DNA of 64,000 bases from Candidatus Marinacidobacterium sp. GTDB taxonomy: Bacteria > Acidobacteriota > Vicinamibacteria > Marinacidobacterales > Marinacidobacteraceae. A model generated the notes under the pieces. The model had not been told where the DNA came from. It was given only the letters and a program-made list of their open reading frames with translations, and ran no database searches. A program made the position numbers and the translations under genes. Shown piece after piece: positions 55,385 to 64,000 of the stretch; position 1 is the first letter of the stretch, and every line of letters begins with the position of its first letter. Where the stretch lies: positions 1,920,001 through 1,984,000 of the forward strand of contig OZ242011.1 of NCBI GenBank assembly GCA_965204755.1, given 5' to 3'.

Positions 55385-58300
55385 CTAAAACGGCCAGCCC
55401 ATCCAGAAGTCGAACTTCCAGCCCGGGACCGTGGTGGAGAAGTCCGTGCGCCTCGACCAGGCGAAGTTGAGCGGCAGTCCCAGCAGGTAGATGCGGGCGT
55501 TGAAGCCGTAGGACGCGACGAAGTCGTCGAGCCCGAAGCCCTCGGAGACGCAGGCCGAGTTGTTCCGGGGGCCGCAGAGGTTCCCCAGCCGCGATTCCCT
55601 CCGGTCGGTGGAATAGATGCCCAGCGGGTCGCCGGCGTAGGCGGCGCCGCCGGCGTCCACGAAGACGCTGCCCCGGAGCGGGCCGACCAGTCCGATCGGC
55701 GTGATGGCGGCATCTATGATCGGGAAGCGGAACTCGACGGTGGCGTGTCCGCCCCGGTTTCCGGAGAACGAGTAGAGCGGGTAGCCGCGCAGTTCGCCGT
55801 TCCCGCCGAACCAGAAGAACCCCGGCGCCTCGCCGGCGCTGTGGAACCACTTGAGCCGCGCCGCCAGCACGCTGGCGGTGGTCACCTGGAAGTACTTGCG
55901 CGCGTCCAGGTTGAAGGTGGTCCGCGAAAGGAACGGCCCGCCCGGCGACCATTCGACGCCGGCCAGCACCGTGCTGCCGGCCTGCGGGAACACCGCCGGG
56001 CCGACCTGCCGGAACCGGATCGTCTCCTGCACGAACGAGAACCGCGTGGGCAGCAGGTGTCCGGTGGGGAATACCCGCTGGTAGAAGTCGGCGTACTGGC
56101 TGGTGAAGTCGCCGGGCAGCGTCGGGTCCTGGCCGGGCGTGAGGAACGGGTTCTGGAAACCGGAACTCTGGTAGTCGTAACCGATCCCCATCTCCAGCCG
56201 GCGGAACCGGCTCAGCGGATACAGCGCCCGCACCGACGCGCCGGAGGAGCGGATCGTGCCCAGCCGGTCGCGCCGGCTCCAGTAACTGCCGTAGTAGTAG
56301 GGGAGCCTCGGATAGAAGAACGAGGTGTTGTCGTGGCCTTCGACCGCGTACTGGAACCTTCCGGAGAGGTTGGCGTACTGGACGTTGTACACCCGGAACG
56401 AACGCACCGAGTAGGCGGTGAAGGAGAAGCGGTCGTCCCCCAGAACATCGGAGAACGAGATCGCGGTGCCGCCGAAGAAGTCCCCGTCGCTGGTGACCCC
56501 GGCCTGGATCGGCGGCGGGCCGTCGAGGAACAGCCGCTCGAACCGGCTCTTCTTGCGCTTGTTCTCGCTGATGACCTGGTGGTCCACGGTGGGGACGAAA
56601 TCTATGACCGGGCCGGGAGTGCGGATGACCGTGTCCGCCATGATCTCCTTCACCGGCTCGTCCATGGCGAGCGTGTGGAGGCCCCAGTTGCCCTTGTGGT
56701 AACTGGTGAACAGCAGCGTGTCCTGCCCGGTCTCCGGGTCGGACATCACGCTCGGCGCGAAGTTCCCTCCCAGCACATCGGTGTACTGGATGATGTCGCC
56801 GGTTTCGGTGTCCAGCGTCCGGATGTTGAAGATGCCGTCGTCTTCGTTGGAGGAATAGACCAGGTCCCGGCCGTTCGGCGCGAAGATCGGGGCCACATCG
56901 TGGAAGGTCCCGAAAGTGATCTGCTCTTTCTCCCCGGTGGCGATCCGCAGCCGGTACAACTTGTCGTAGCCGCTGATCCGGCGGCTGTAGTAGAGCCACT
57001 CGCCGTCCGGCGAGACGGTGGGGAACTTGTCGTGGAAGTCGTCCCTCGTCAGGTTCTCGATCTCCTCGGTGGCGAGGTCGATCCGGTAGATGTCCGCGAT
57101 GCCGTTCCGGAGCGCGGAGAAGTACACCCAGTCGCCGTCGGGGCCGACCTGGGGGAACTTGGCCCGGTCGAGCGGCATCTCGATCCGGCGGACGATCTCG
57201 GAGTCCACCACATCGGCGAACAGGAGAGCGCGCCGCTTCCGGAACTTCCCGAAGAAGGCCACCTGCGACCCGTCCGGCGTCCAACTCAGGTTGCGCCCGA
57301 TCAACTGGTCTTCGCCGGTCAGCCCCACCACATTGATGAACTCCCCGGCGTACCCGGGAGTCAGGTTGCGGATGACCTCGCCGTCCTTCGCCGACAGCAG
57401 CACCACATCGTATTCCGTCTCCCGGCGGTTCCCGGCGAGCACCGCGATCACTTCGCCCGAAGGGGAGTGCGCGGCGGAGATGGCGCCCACATAGCGGCCT
57501 TCGCGCGGGGAGAGGTCCACGCTGTAGTCCTCCGGGATCTCCTTGTCCCGGTACGGCTTGAACCGCTCCTTGATCCATCGCTTGTATTCCCGGTAGAACT
57601 CCTCCGGCGCCATCCGGAACGCCTGCTCATAGACCTCTTCGCTGACCCCGCCGGTGACCGCCCGGCGCAGTGAGAACACGAACTGCCGGACGCCTTCTTC
57701 GCCGAACCTCTCTTCCATGAAGTCGAAGATGGACGCGCCGAAGGAGTACGGCGTCCGGGTGAACGCCTGGTTCAACTCCGCGAAGGTCGGCACCTGGTCG
57801 GCCACCGCGGCGTCGCGCACCACCATCAGGTCGAGCGGGTCCCATTCGTCCTCCATGTAGGTGGCGAGCCCCTCGTCTATCCAGAGCGGCACGGTCTGGC
57901 GGAAGAGCGAACGGGGGACGATGTCGAATTCGAAGATGTGGGTGAGTTCGTGGAGGAAGAGTTCCTGCAGTTCGTCCGGCGGGTTGTCGATCGGGATCAC
58001 CATCCGGTCGCGGGCCGACTCGGCGAACGCGCCGACCCCCTCCGGGATCTCCGAAGGCGAGAGGTTGGTCTGGGCGAACTCGGAGAAGGTCCGGTAGAGG
58101 ATCAGCGGGATGGCGAACGGGATCTCGTGCTTGAGCCGGTCGGAGATCGTCTCGTAGGCGCTTTCGGCGTAACTCACCAGCCGCCCGAGTTCCTCCTCCA
58201 TCTCCGGGTAGTAATAGACATCGAAGTGGGGCGAGCGGTACACCTGCCAGTCGTGCCGGTCGTACTTGACCTTGTTCTTCCCGTAGAACGGGATGAAGTA

Positions 58301-58417
58301 CTGCGCCGCGGCCGGCGCGGCGAAGAGCGAAGCGGCGGCGGCGGCGAAAGCGGCGGCGAACAGGGCGGCGCGGGCGGCGCGCCCGAATCGGTCGAGGATC
58401 GAAGTGGTCGGCTTCAC
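55385..58417 (-). CDS. Peptidase MA-like + PD40/TolB propeller + BamA/TamA-type barrel protein
   Basis: Signal peptide, GKNKVKY, HELTH, PLWIDEGLA, SPDG repeats, LRGY motif and C-terminal F. Confidence 0.88.
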   Translation of the reverse strand: MKPTTSILDRFGRAARAALFAAAFAAAAASLFAAPAAAQYFIPFYGKNKVKYDRHDWQVYRSPHFDVYYYPEMEEELGRLVSYAESAYETISDRLKHEIPFAIPLILYRTFSEFAQTNLSPSEIPEGVGAFAESARDRMVIPIDNPPDELQELFLHELTHIFEFDIVPRSLFRQTVPLWIDEGLATYMEDEWDPLDLMVVRDAAVADQVPTFAELNQAFTRTPYSFGASIFDFMEERFGEEGVRQFVFSLRRAVTGGVSEEVYEQAFRMAPEEFYREYKRWIKERFKPYRDKEIPEDYSVDLSPREGRYVGAISAAHSPSGEVIAVLAGNRRETEYDVVLLSAKDGEVIRNLTPGYAGEFINVVGLTGEDQLIGRNLSWTPDGSQVAFFGKFRKRRALLFADVVDSEIVRRIEMPLDRAKFPQVGPDGDWVYFSALRNGIADIYRIDLATEEIENLTRDDFHDKFPTVSPDGEWLYYSRRISGYDKLYRLRIATGEKEQITFGTFHDVAPIFAPNGRDLVYSSNEDDGIFNIRTLDTETGDIIQYTDVLGGNFAPSVMSDPETGQDTLLFTSYHKGNWGLHTLAMDEPVKEIMADTVIRTPGPVIDFVPTVDHQVISENKRKKSRFERLFLDGPPPIQAGVTSDGDFFGGTAISFSDVLGDDRFSFTAYSVRSFRVYNVQYANLSGRFQYAVEGHDNTSFFYPRLPYYYGSYWSRRDRLGTIRSSGASVRALYPLSRFRRLEMGIGYDYQSSGFQNPFLTPGQDPTLPGDFTSQYADFYQRVFPTGHLLPTRFSFVQETIRFRQVGPAVFPQAGSTVLAGVEWSPGGPFLSRTTFNLDARKYFQVTTASVLAARLKWFHSAGEAPGFFWFGGNGELRGYPLYSFSGNRGGHATVEFRFPIIDAAITPIGLVGPLRGSVFVDAGGAAYAGDPLGIYSTDRRESRLGNLCGPRNNSACVSEGFGLDDFVASYGFNARIYLLGLPLNFAWSRRTDFSTTVPGWKFDFWMGWPF

Positions 58418-58460
58418 GGCGCCTCTCCTTCGTGGGTGAGCGCCCCGGCGAACGGCGGCG

Positions 58461-59246
58461 TCAGCGCAGCAGCACCCGGGTCCCCCGGAAGGTCTGCGGG
58501 GTGACGATGCTGAGGAAATTGGGCAGGATGCGGTCCATCAACTCGAAGTAGGAACTGAGCGCCGAACTCTCTTCGTCGCGGCCGAAGATGACTTCCTCGG
58601 TGAACCGCTCGCGGTGGATGGTGCGGCCGCTGGCTCCGTCGATGAAGTAGAACTCGGCCATGAAGGTGTAGGCGTTTCGTTCCTGGAACTGCGTGCTGCG
58701 GACGAGTTGGGGGCGGTTGAACGCGTCGCGGACATACCGGTCGCGCCGGGAGAAACCGGACCGCTCCTCGGCGTCGAAGCGGAGCCTCCCGCTCACGATG
58801 AGCGGCTCTTCGAACTCCTCGCCCAGTTGCCGCCAGTACTCCTCGTCTTCCAGCAACTTGTCCTGCTCGAGGTCGATCCATTCCTGCCGGGAGATCTCGC
58901 CGCCCTCGAAGACGCCGGCGGCCATCTCCTCGAACTGGACGCTCAGCCCGTTCGCCTCCATCGCGGCGTCGGAGAAGTCGCCGAGCGGCTCCACTTCCGC
59001 TTCGATGACCGAGAGGCGGGAGTTGATGCGCAGTTGGTTGCGGAGCAGCCGGGAGGTCTCGGAGTCGAGGTCGAGGTTCTCGTTCGTCTGGGTGACGAAA
59101 CTCCCCACCAGCACCCGGCCGTAGTCGGAGAGGTCGAGTTTCGCCTCGATCGGGATCTCGATGGGGACTTCGAGGTACGGGCTCGCCGCGCAGCCGCCGA
59201 GGCCGAGCGCGGCGGCGACTCCGAAGAGGACGGAGCGTCGGGGCAT
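58461..59246 (-). CDS. Putative lipoprotein
   Basis: Lipobox LGGC after a hydrophobic signal; co-oriented with TPR and BamA-like genes. Confidence 0.78.
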   Translation of the reverse strand: MPRRSVLFGVAAALGLGGCAASPYLEVPIEIPIEAKLDLSDYGRVLVGSFVTQTNENLDLDSETSRLLRNQLRINSRLSVIEAEVEPLGDFSDAAMEANGLSVQFEEMAAGVFEGGEISRQEWIDLEQDKLLEDEEYWRQLGEEFEEPLIVSGRLRFDAEERSGFSRRDRYVRDAFNRPQLVRSTQFQERNAYTFMAEFYFIDGASGRTIHRERFTEEVIFGRDEESSALSSYFELMDRILPNFLSIVTPQTFRGTRVLLR

Positions 59247-59255
59247 CGAGTCCGG

Positions 59256-59666
59256 TCAGCGGCGGTTCGCCGAGCGGGCGGCGTCCCGTTCCTTGCGCTT
59301 CTTGCGCTCGTAGGCTTCCCGGAAGAGTTCGTAGTTCTGGCGGATGTGGTCGCTGCGCGGATTCAACTCGAGCGCGGTCTCGTAGGAGTCCAGCGCTTCC
59401 TCGAATTTCCCGCCCCGCTCGTAGGCGACCCCCAAGTTGTTGTGCGCCCGGGCGTTCAGCGGGTCGAGCGCCACCGCCTTCTCCCAGCGGTAGGCGGCTT
59501 CCTTCCAGAGGCCCTTGCCGGCCACATCCACGCCGAAGGAGTTCTCCTGCGAGGCGCGCTCCTCGTCGGCGAGCGCCAGAGTGGGGGCGGCGGCGAAGGC
59601 GAGCAGGCCGGTCACCGCGAGGGTCGGGAGGAGGGAGCGGGAGGGAACGGGGAGGTTTCGGGGCAT
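59256..59666 (-). CDS. Secreted tetratricopeptide repeat protein
   Basis: Signal peptide, GLWKEA..RWEKA..LDP and AHNNLGVAYE..G..EEA...YE.AL repeats. Confidence 0.85.
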   Translation of the reverse strand: MPRNLPVPSRSLLPTLAVTGLLAFAAAPTLALADEERASQENSFGVDVAGKGLWKEAAYRWEKAVALDPLNARAHNNLGVAYERGGKFEEALDSYETALELNPRSDHIRQNYELFREAYERKKRKERDAARSANRR

Positions 59667-59908
59667 GACTACGGGGGGCTGGCGGGGCGGCTCGAAGGGC
59701 GTGGTTCGCTGCAAAGCGCGGACCGGCGGGCCCGCCCGGCGGCAGCGGAGAAAGGCAACTTCCGATAGTAGCGCGTACCGGTTCCGGGAGAAAAAGGACT
59801 TCGCGCGCGCCGGGTGAGCAGAAATCCGCCGGTATCCGTTCTATAGGGAGGAGAGGAACCGCGCGCCCCCGTCCGGGCGGCGCCCGGCGCCCCGAGGAGA
59901 CGCCCCCG

Positions 59909-61216
59909 ATGCCGAACGGCCCCCTGTCCAACCATGGGACCCCGAACCACCGGACGCCGGACCACCCGACGCCGAACCACCCGACCCCCGAACCGCGGGC
60001 CGACGCCCCCGCCGGGGACGCGCCGCCCGGCGCGGCGCTCACGCTCGCCGTCCTCGAGATCGCCCTCGACGACCGCCCGAAACCGGCGGAGCGCGCGGCG
60101 GCGTTCGCCGGCCGGCCCGCCGCCCGCGCGGTGGAGGCCTTCCTCTCCCGGTTCGGCCGCCCGGGCGCCGAGGCAAGAACCCGCGCTGCGGAGTGGCGGG
60201 AGGCCGCCCGCGCCGCCGGCCGGTCGCTCCTGCTCCTGTCCGGCCCGGGCTATCCGCCGCTCCTCGCGGAGATCGCCGTTCCCCCGATCGTCCTCGATGT
60301 CCTCGGCCCGATCGCGCCGCCTTCCGAGCCGCCCCCCGATCCGGCGTCCGATCCGCCCCCCGCTCCGCCCCGACGCGCCGCGGAGGAACTCGCCCGGCCC
60401 GCCGTCGCCGTCGTCGGCGCCCGCCGCGCCACGCCCTACGGGATCGGCGCCGCGGAGTCCCTGGCGGAGGGGCTCGCCGAGGCCGGGGTCACCGTGGTGA
60501 GCGGGCTCGCCCGGGGCGTGGACGCCGCCGCCCACCGGGCGGCGCTCCGGGGCGGGGGCCGGACGCTGGCGGTGCTCGGCGCCGGCCACGACCACCTATA
60601 CCCGCCGGAGCACCGGAACCTGGCGCGGGAGGTGGCCGCCTCCGGCGCGGTGCTCACCGAGTTCCCCCCGGACGCCCGGCCGCTGCCCCACCACTTCCCC
60701 CGGCGCAACCGCATCATCGCCGGGCTCGCCGCCGCCACCGTGGTGGTGGAGGCCCGCGAGCGGAGCGGCTCGCTCTCCACCGCCCGCCACGCCGCCGACT
60801 CGAACCGCGAGGTGTTCGCGGTGCCCGGCCCCATCACCTCCTCCCTCAGCGCCGGCTGCCACTCGCTCCTCCGCTCCGGCGCCGCCCTGGTCACCGGCGT
60901 CGCCGACCTGCTCGAGGAACTCGGCCCCGAGTTCGGCCCCGAGTTCTGCCCCGCCCCGGCGCTGTCCGCCCCGGGGCGGACGCCCACGGGCGCGGCGGCG
61001 ACCCGCGCCCGTCCCCGCCCCGCACCGCCCGACCCCGGAACCGCCGCGGCGGAGGTCCTGGAAACCCTCCGACAGCATCCCTCCGGCGCGAGTTTCGACG
61101 ACCTCCTCGACCACTGCCCCCTCTCCCCGCCGCTCGCGCTGGCCGCCGTTTCCGAGTTGGAGCGGCGCGGCCTGGTCGAGCGATTCCCCGGCGACTTCCT
61201 CCGGGCGAGGGCCTGA
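59909..61216 (+). CDS. dprA: DNA-processing protein DprA
   Basis: YPPLLAEI..PP, VAVVGAR..TPYG, VVSGLARGVD..AH, FPRRNRII, VVEA..RSGSL and C-terminal wHTH. Confidence 0.93.
   Translation: MPNGPLSNHGTPNHRTPDHPTPNHPTPEPRADAPAGDAPPGAALTLAVLEIALDDRPKPAERAAAFAGRPAARAVEAFLSRFGRPGAEARTRAAEWREAARAAGRSLLLLSGPGYPPLLAEIAVPPIVLDVLGPIAPPSEPPPDPASDPPPAPPRRAAEELARPAVAVVGARRATPYGIGAAESLAEGLAEAGVTVVSGLARGVDAAAHRAALRGGGRTLAVLGAGHDHLYPPEHRNLAREVAASGAVLTEFPPDARPLPHHFPRRNRIIAGLAAATVVVEARERSGSLSTARHAADSNREVFAVPGPITSSLSAGCHSLLRSGAALVTGVADLLEELGPEFGPEFCPAPALSAPGRTPTGAAATRARPRPAPPDPGTAAAEVLETLRQHPSGASFDDLLDHCPLSPPLALAAVSELERRGLVERFPGDFLRARA
59930..59989 (+). repeat. 15-bp tandem repeat, 4 imperfect copies (NHxTP peptide repeat)
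   Basis: AACCATGGGACCCCG / AACCACCGGACGCCG / GACCACCCGACGCCG / AACCACCCGACCCCC. Confidence 0.75.
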
Positions 61217-61281
61217 CGACCCCCCTTCCCGGCCTTCGCCCCGCCGTTACACTCGCCGCCGCCCCCGTCGGAACGACCCCC

Positions 61282-63585
61282 ATGAACTCCCTCGTCATCG
61301 TCGAGTCGAACGCCAAGGCGAAGACCATCGAGAAGTTCCTCGGCAAGTCCTACCGGGTGCTGGCCAGCGGCGGCCATGTGCGCGACCTGCCGTCGCGGGG
61401 CCTCTCCGTGGACATCGAAAACGGGTTCGCCCCGAAGTTCGAAGTGGTCCCCGACCGGGTCAAGATCCTGGACAGCCTGAAGCGGGCGGCCAAGCGCACC
61501 GACCGCATCTACCTGGCGACCGACCCGGACCGCGAAGGCGAAGCCATCAGCCACGACCTCGCCGAGGAGTTCCGCGCGGCGCTGGGCAAGGGGAAGCAGG
61601 TGCCCATCCAGCGGATCACCTTCCACGAGATCACCCCGCCGGCGGTGCGCCGGGCGCTCGAGGAAGCGGGCGAAGTGGACGCGAACCGGGTGGCGGCGCA
61701 GCAGACCCGCCGGGTGCTCGACCGGATCGTCGGCTACAAGATCTCCCCGCTCCTCTCGCGGAAGGTCGCTCCCCGGCTCTCCGCCGGGCGGGTGCAGTCG
61801 GTCGCGCTCCGGCTCATCTGCGAGCGGGAACGCGAAATCCGCGCGTTCGTCATGGAGGAGTACTGGCGGATCGAAGGCCACCTCGCCACCGAGTCCGGCG
61901 CCCCGGTGGTCGCGCTCGCGGACATCCCGGTGAACCCGCCGAAGAAGCCGGTCGCCCGCAACGAAACCGTCGCGACCGCGATCCGCGGCGCCCTCTCCCG
62001 CTGCCGGTTCCGGGTCGGCGCGGTGGAGTCCAAGACCCGCCGCGACCACGCGCCCCCGCCGTTCATCACCAGCACGCTGCAGCGCCAGGCCGCCTCCGCG
62101 TTCCGCTTCCCCGCCGCCCGGACGATGCGCACCGCCCAAGCCCTCTACGAGGGCGTGGACCTCGGCTCCGGCGACCGGGTCGGCCTCATCACCTACCTGC
62201 GGACCGACTCCACCCGCGTCTCGAAGGAAGCGCTCGGCGAAGTCCGCCGGCACATCGCGCAGCGGTTCGGCGGCGACTTCCTGCCGGAGAAACCCAACTT
62301 CTTCCGCAAGGGGAAAGGCGCGCAGGACGCCCACGAAGCCATCCGCCCCACCTCGGTGGAGCGGACCCCGGACGCGGTCGCGCCCTACCTGAACGACGAC
62401 CAGCGGAAGTTGTACCGGATGATCTGGGAGCGCTTCGTCGCCTCGCAGATGCGCCCGGCGGTCTTCCACGACACCCGGGTGACCGTCCGCGCCGAACACC
62501 CGGAGGGCCGCCCCCCGGAGATCGCGGACTTCGGCCCCGCCCCCGAAACCCTCACCGCGACCGGCTCCGTCCTCGTGGAGAAGGGGTACCGGGTGCTCTA
62601 CCGGGAGACCGCCGAAGAAGTGGCGGCGGACGCCGACGCCGACGACGCGCGCCGCCCGCTGCCGGCCCTCGAGCAGGGGCAGCCGCTGCGCCTCCGCGAG
62701 ATCCGGCCCCGCCAGCACTTCACCTCGCCCCCGCGCCGCTACAGCGAGGCCGGGTTGATCCGCAAGTTGGAGCAGAACGGCATCGGCCGGCCGAGCACCT
62801 ATGTCCCGACGCTCCGCCGCATCAAGGACCGGGAATATGTGCGGACGAAGGCCCGGGTGTTCATGCCCACCGAAGTGGGGATGCTGGTGAGCGACTTGCT
62901 GACCTTCAGTTTCGACGCGCTGTTCAATGTCCGCTACACCGCCGGGATGGAGGCGAACCTCGACCGGATCGAACAGGGGGACGCGGACTACCTGACCACG
63001 CTCGAAGCGTTCTACGAGGAGTTCTCGAAGACGCTGGACCGGGCGCTGGTGGAGATGCCCCGGATCAAGGGGCTCCCTACCGCCGAAGGATGCGAACTCT
63101 GCGGGAAGCCGCTGGTCCTGCGCTGGAGCGGCGGGGAGAAGTTCCTCGGTTGCGCCGGGTTCCCGGAGTGCCGGGGGAGCCGGTCGCTGCCCGGGGAAGG
63201 CGCGGCGGAGATCGAGGACGAGTCGCCGCCCTGCCCGGAGTGCGGCGCGGCGATGAGCGCCCGGCGCGGCCGGTTCGGCCCGTTCCTCGGCTGCTCCCGC
63301 TACCCGGAGTGCCAGACGATCATCCAGTTGCGCGACGGCCGGCTGGTGCCGAAGGCGAAGGCGGAACCGGTGGACGAGAAGTGTCCGGAGTGCGGGAAGC
63401 AGTTGGTGAGGCGGCAGAGTCGGCGCGGCCCGTTCCTCGGCTGCAGCGGTTTCCCCGGCTGCCGCTACCTCCGCTCCGAACGCGGCGCGGCGAAGACCGG
63501 CCGGAAGAAGAAGACGGCGAGGAAGAAGGCGGTCTCCCGGAGGCGAACCGCGGCGACCGGCCGCGCCGCCGCCGCCCCGGCGTGA
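61282..63585 (+). CDS. topA: DNA topoisomerase I
   Basis: LVIVES.AKAKTI, ATDPDREGE, SAGRVQS, ITYLRTDS, GIGRPST and three C-terminal Zn ribbons. Confidence 0.96.
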   Translation: MNSLVIVESNAKAKTIEKFLGKSYRVLASGGHVRDLPSRGLSVDIENGFAPKFEVVPDRVKILDSLKRAAKRTDRIYLATDPDREGEAISHDLAEEFRAALGKGKQVPIQRITFHEITPPAVRRALEEAGEVDANRVAAQQTRRVLDRIVGYKISPLLSRKVAPRLSAGRVQSVALRLICEREREIRAFVMEEYWRIEGHLATESGAPVVALADIPVNPPKKPVARNETVATAIRGALSRCRFRVGAVESKTRRDHAPPPFITSTLQRQAASAFRFPAARTMRTAQALYEGVDLGSGDRVGLITYLRTDSTRVSKEALGEVRRHIAQRFGGDFLPEKPNFFRKGKGAQDAHEAIRPTSVERTPDAVAPYLNDDQRKLYRMIWERFVASQMRPAVFHDTRVTVRAEHPEGRPPEIADFGPAPETLTATGSVLVEKGYRVLYRETAEEVAADADADDARRPLPALEQGQPLRLREIRPRQHFTSPPRRYSEAGLIRKLEQNGIGRPSTYVPTLRRIKDREYVRTKARVFMPTEVGMLVSDLLTFSFDALFNVRYTAGMEANLDRIEQGDADYLTTLEAFYEEFSKTLDRALVEMPRIKGLPTAEGCELCGKPLVLRWSGGEKFLGCAGFPECRGSRSLPGEGAAEIEDESPPCPECGAAMSARRGRFGPFLGCSRYPECQTIIQLRDGRLVPKAKAEPVDEKCPECGKQLVRRQSRRGPFLGCSGFPGCRYLRSERGAAKTGRKKKTARKKAVSRRRTAATGRAAAAPA

Positions 63586-64000
63586 GTCGGCGCGGCGCCG
63601 CCGCCTCCCGGAAGAACCCGGCTTCCGCGCCGCTCGCGGAACACGCGGCCTCCTTCCTCACCGACCTCGAAGAGCGGCGGGGCGCCTCGCCCCACACGGT
63701 GCGCAGTTACCGGAGCGACCTCGCGGACTTCCTCGAGTACCTGGACGCGGTTTCGGCGGACGACGCCGAGCCGGCCGCTCCCCCGACGGCGGATTCGGTG
63801 GACATCGCGCTCCTCCGCAGTTACCTGGCCTCGCTCCACGAGCGCGGTCTCGGCCGGACCACCGCCGCCCGGAAACTGGCGGCGCTCCGTTCGTTCTACC
63901 GCTACCTCGGGCGGATCGGCGCGGTGGAGCGGGACCCGGCGCGGGCGGTTCGCGCCCCGAAGACGCCGCGCCGCATCCCGCAGCGGCTCGAACTCGGGGA
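63582..64000 (+). CDS. xerC: Tyrosine recombinase XerC, N-terminal part (runs off the window)
   Basis: Manual translation: SPHTVRSYRSDL..F, RTTAARKLAALRSFYRYL, DPA..VRAPK...IP; GTGA overlap with topA; dprA-topA-xerC synteny. Confidence 0.85.
   Translation, partial: MSRRGAAASRKNPASAPLAEHAASFLTDLEERRGASPHTVRSYRSDLADFLEYLDAVSADDAEPAAPPTADSVDIALLRSYLASLHERGLGRTTAARKLAALRSFYRYLGRIGAVERDPARAVRAPKTPRRIPQRLELG

Noticed and set aside
63582-64000. Tyrosine recombinase as the integrase of the islands
   Set aside because: The dprA-topA-xerC context identifies it as the housekeeping chromosome-dimer resolvase.

Overview
Very GC-rich bacterial chromosomal segment. It is probably Acidobacteriota; that is inferred from the carboxypeptidase-regulatory-domain TonB receptor, DUF5916 protein and peptidase-MA/PD40/BamA fusion. 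Core metabolic, envelope and DNA genes (ggt-like, amidohydrolases, hom, hisN, several Tat-exported redox enzymes, mutM, dprA-topA-xerC) are interrupted by three accessory blocks. (1) 2.4-8.2 kb: a DUF2971 gene facing a three-gene ubiquitination-like operon (Ubl, E2-like, JAB-E1 fusion). Its E2 has no cysteine at all, its E1 lacks the usual catalytic Cys, and its Ubl ends in Ala. The cassette lies between two ~293-bp copies of the 3' end of an amidohydrolase gene. (2) 11.5-12.4 kb: three small coupled orphan genes, one resembling a catalytically dead ClpP. (3) 14.6-33.4 kb: a complete type-1 BREX locus (brxA-brxB-brxC-pglX-pglZ-brxL) with seven extra genes: two membrane proteins, a DUF2442-DUF4160 in-frame fusion, and four paralogous AlbA_2/HATPase_c_4 proteins, only one of which keeps the Schlafen-like domain. 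Across the window the palindromes ACGT and AGCT are almost absent and are replaced by their C-to-T products. No tRNA, rRNA, CRISPR array or transposase was recognised, and no island integrase. All family assignments come from motif recognition by eye, not database searches.
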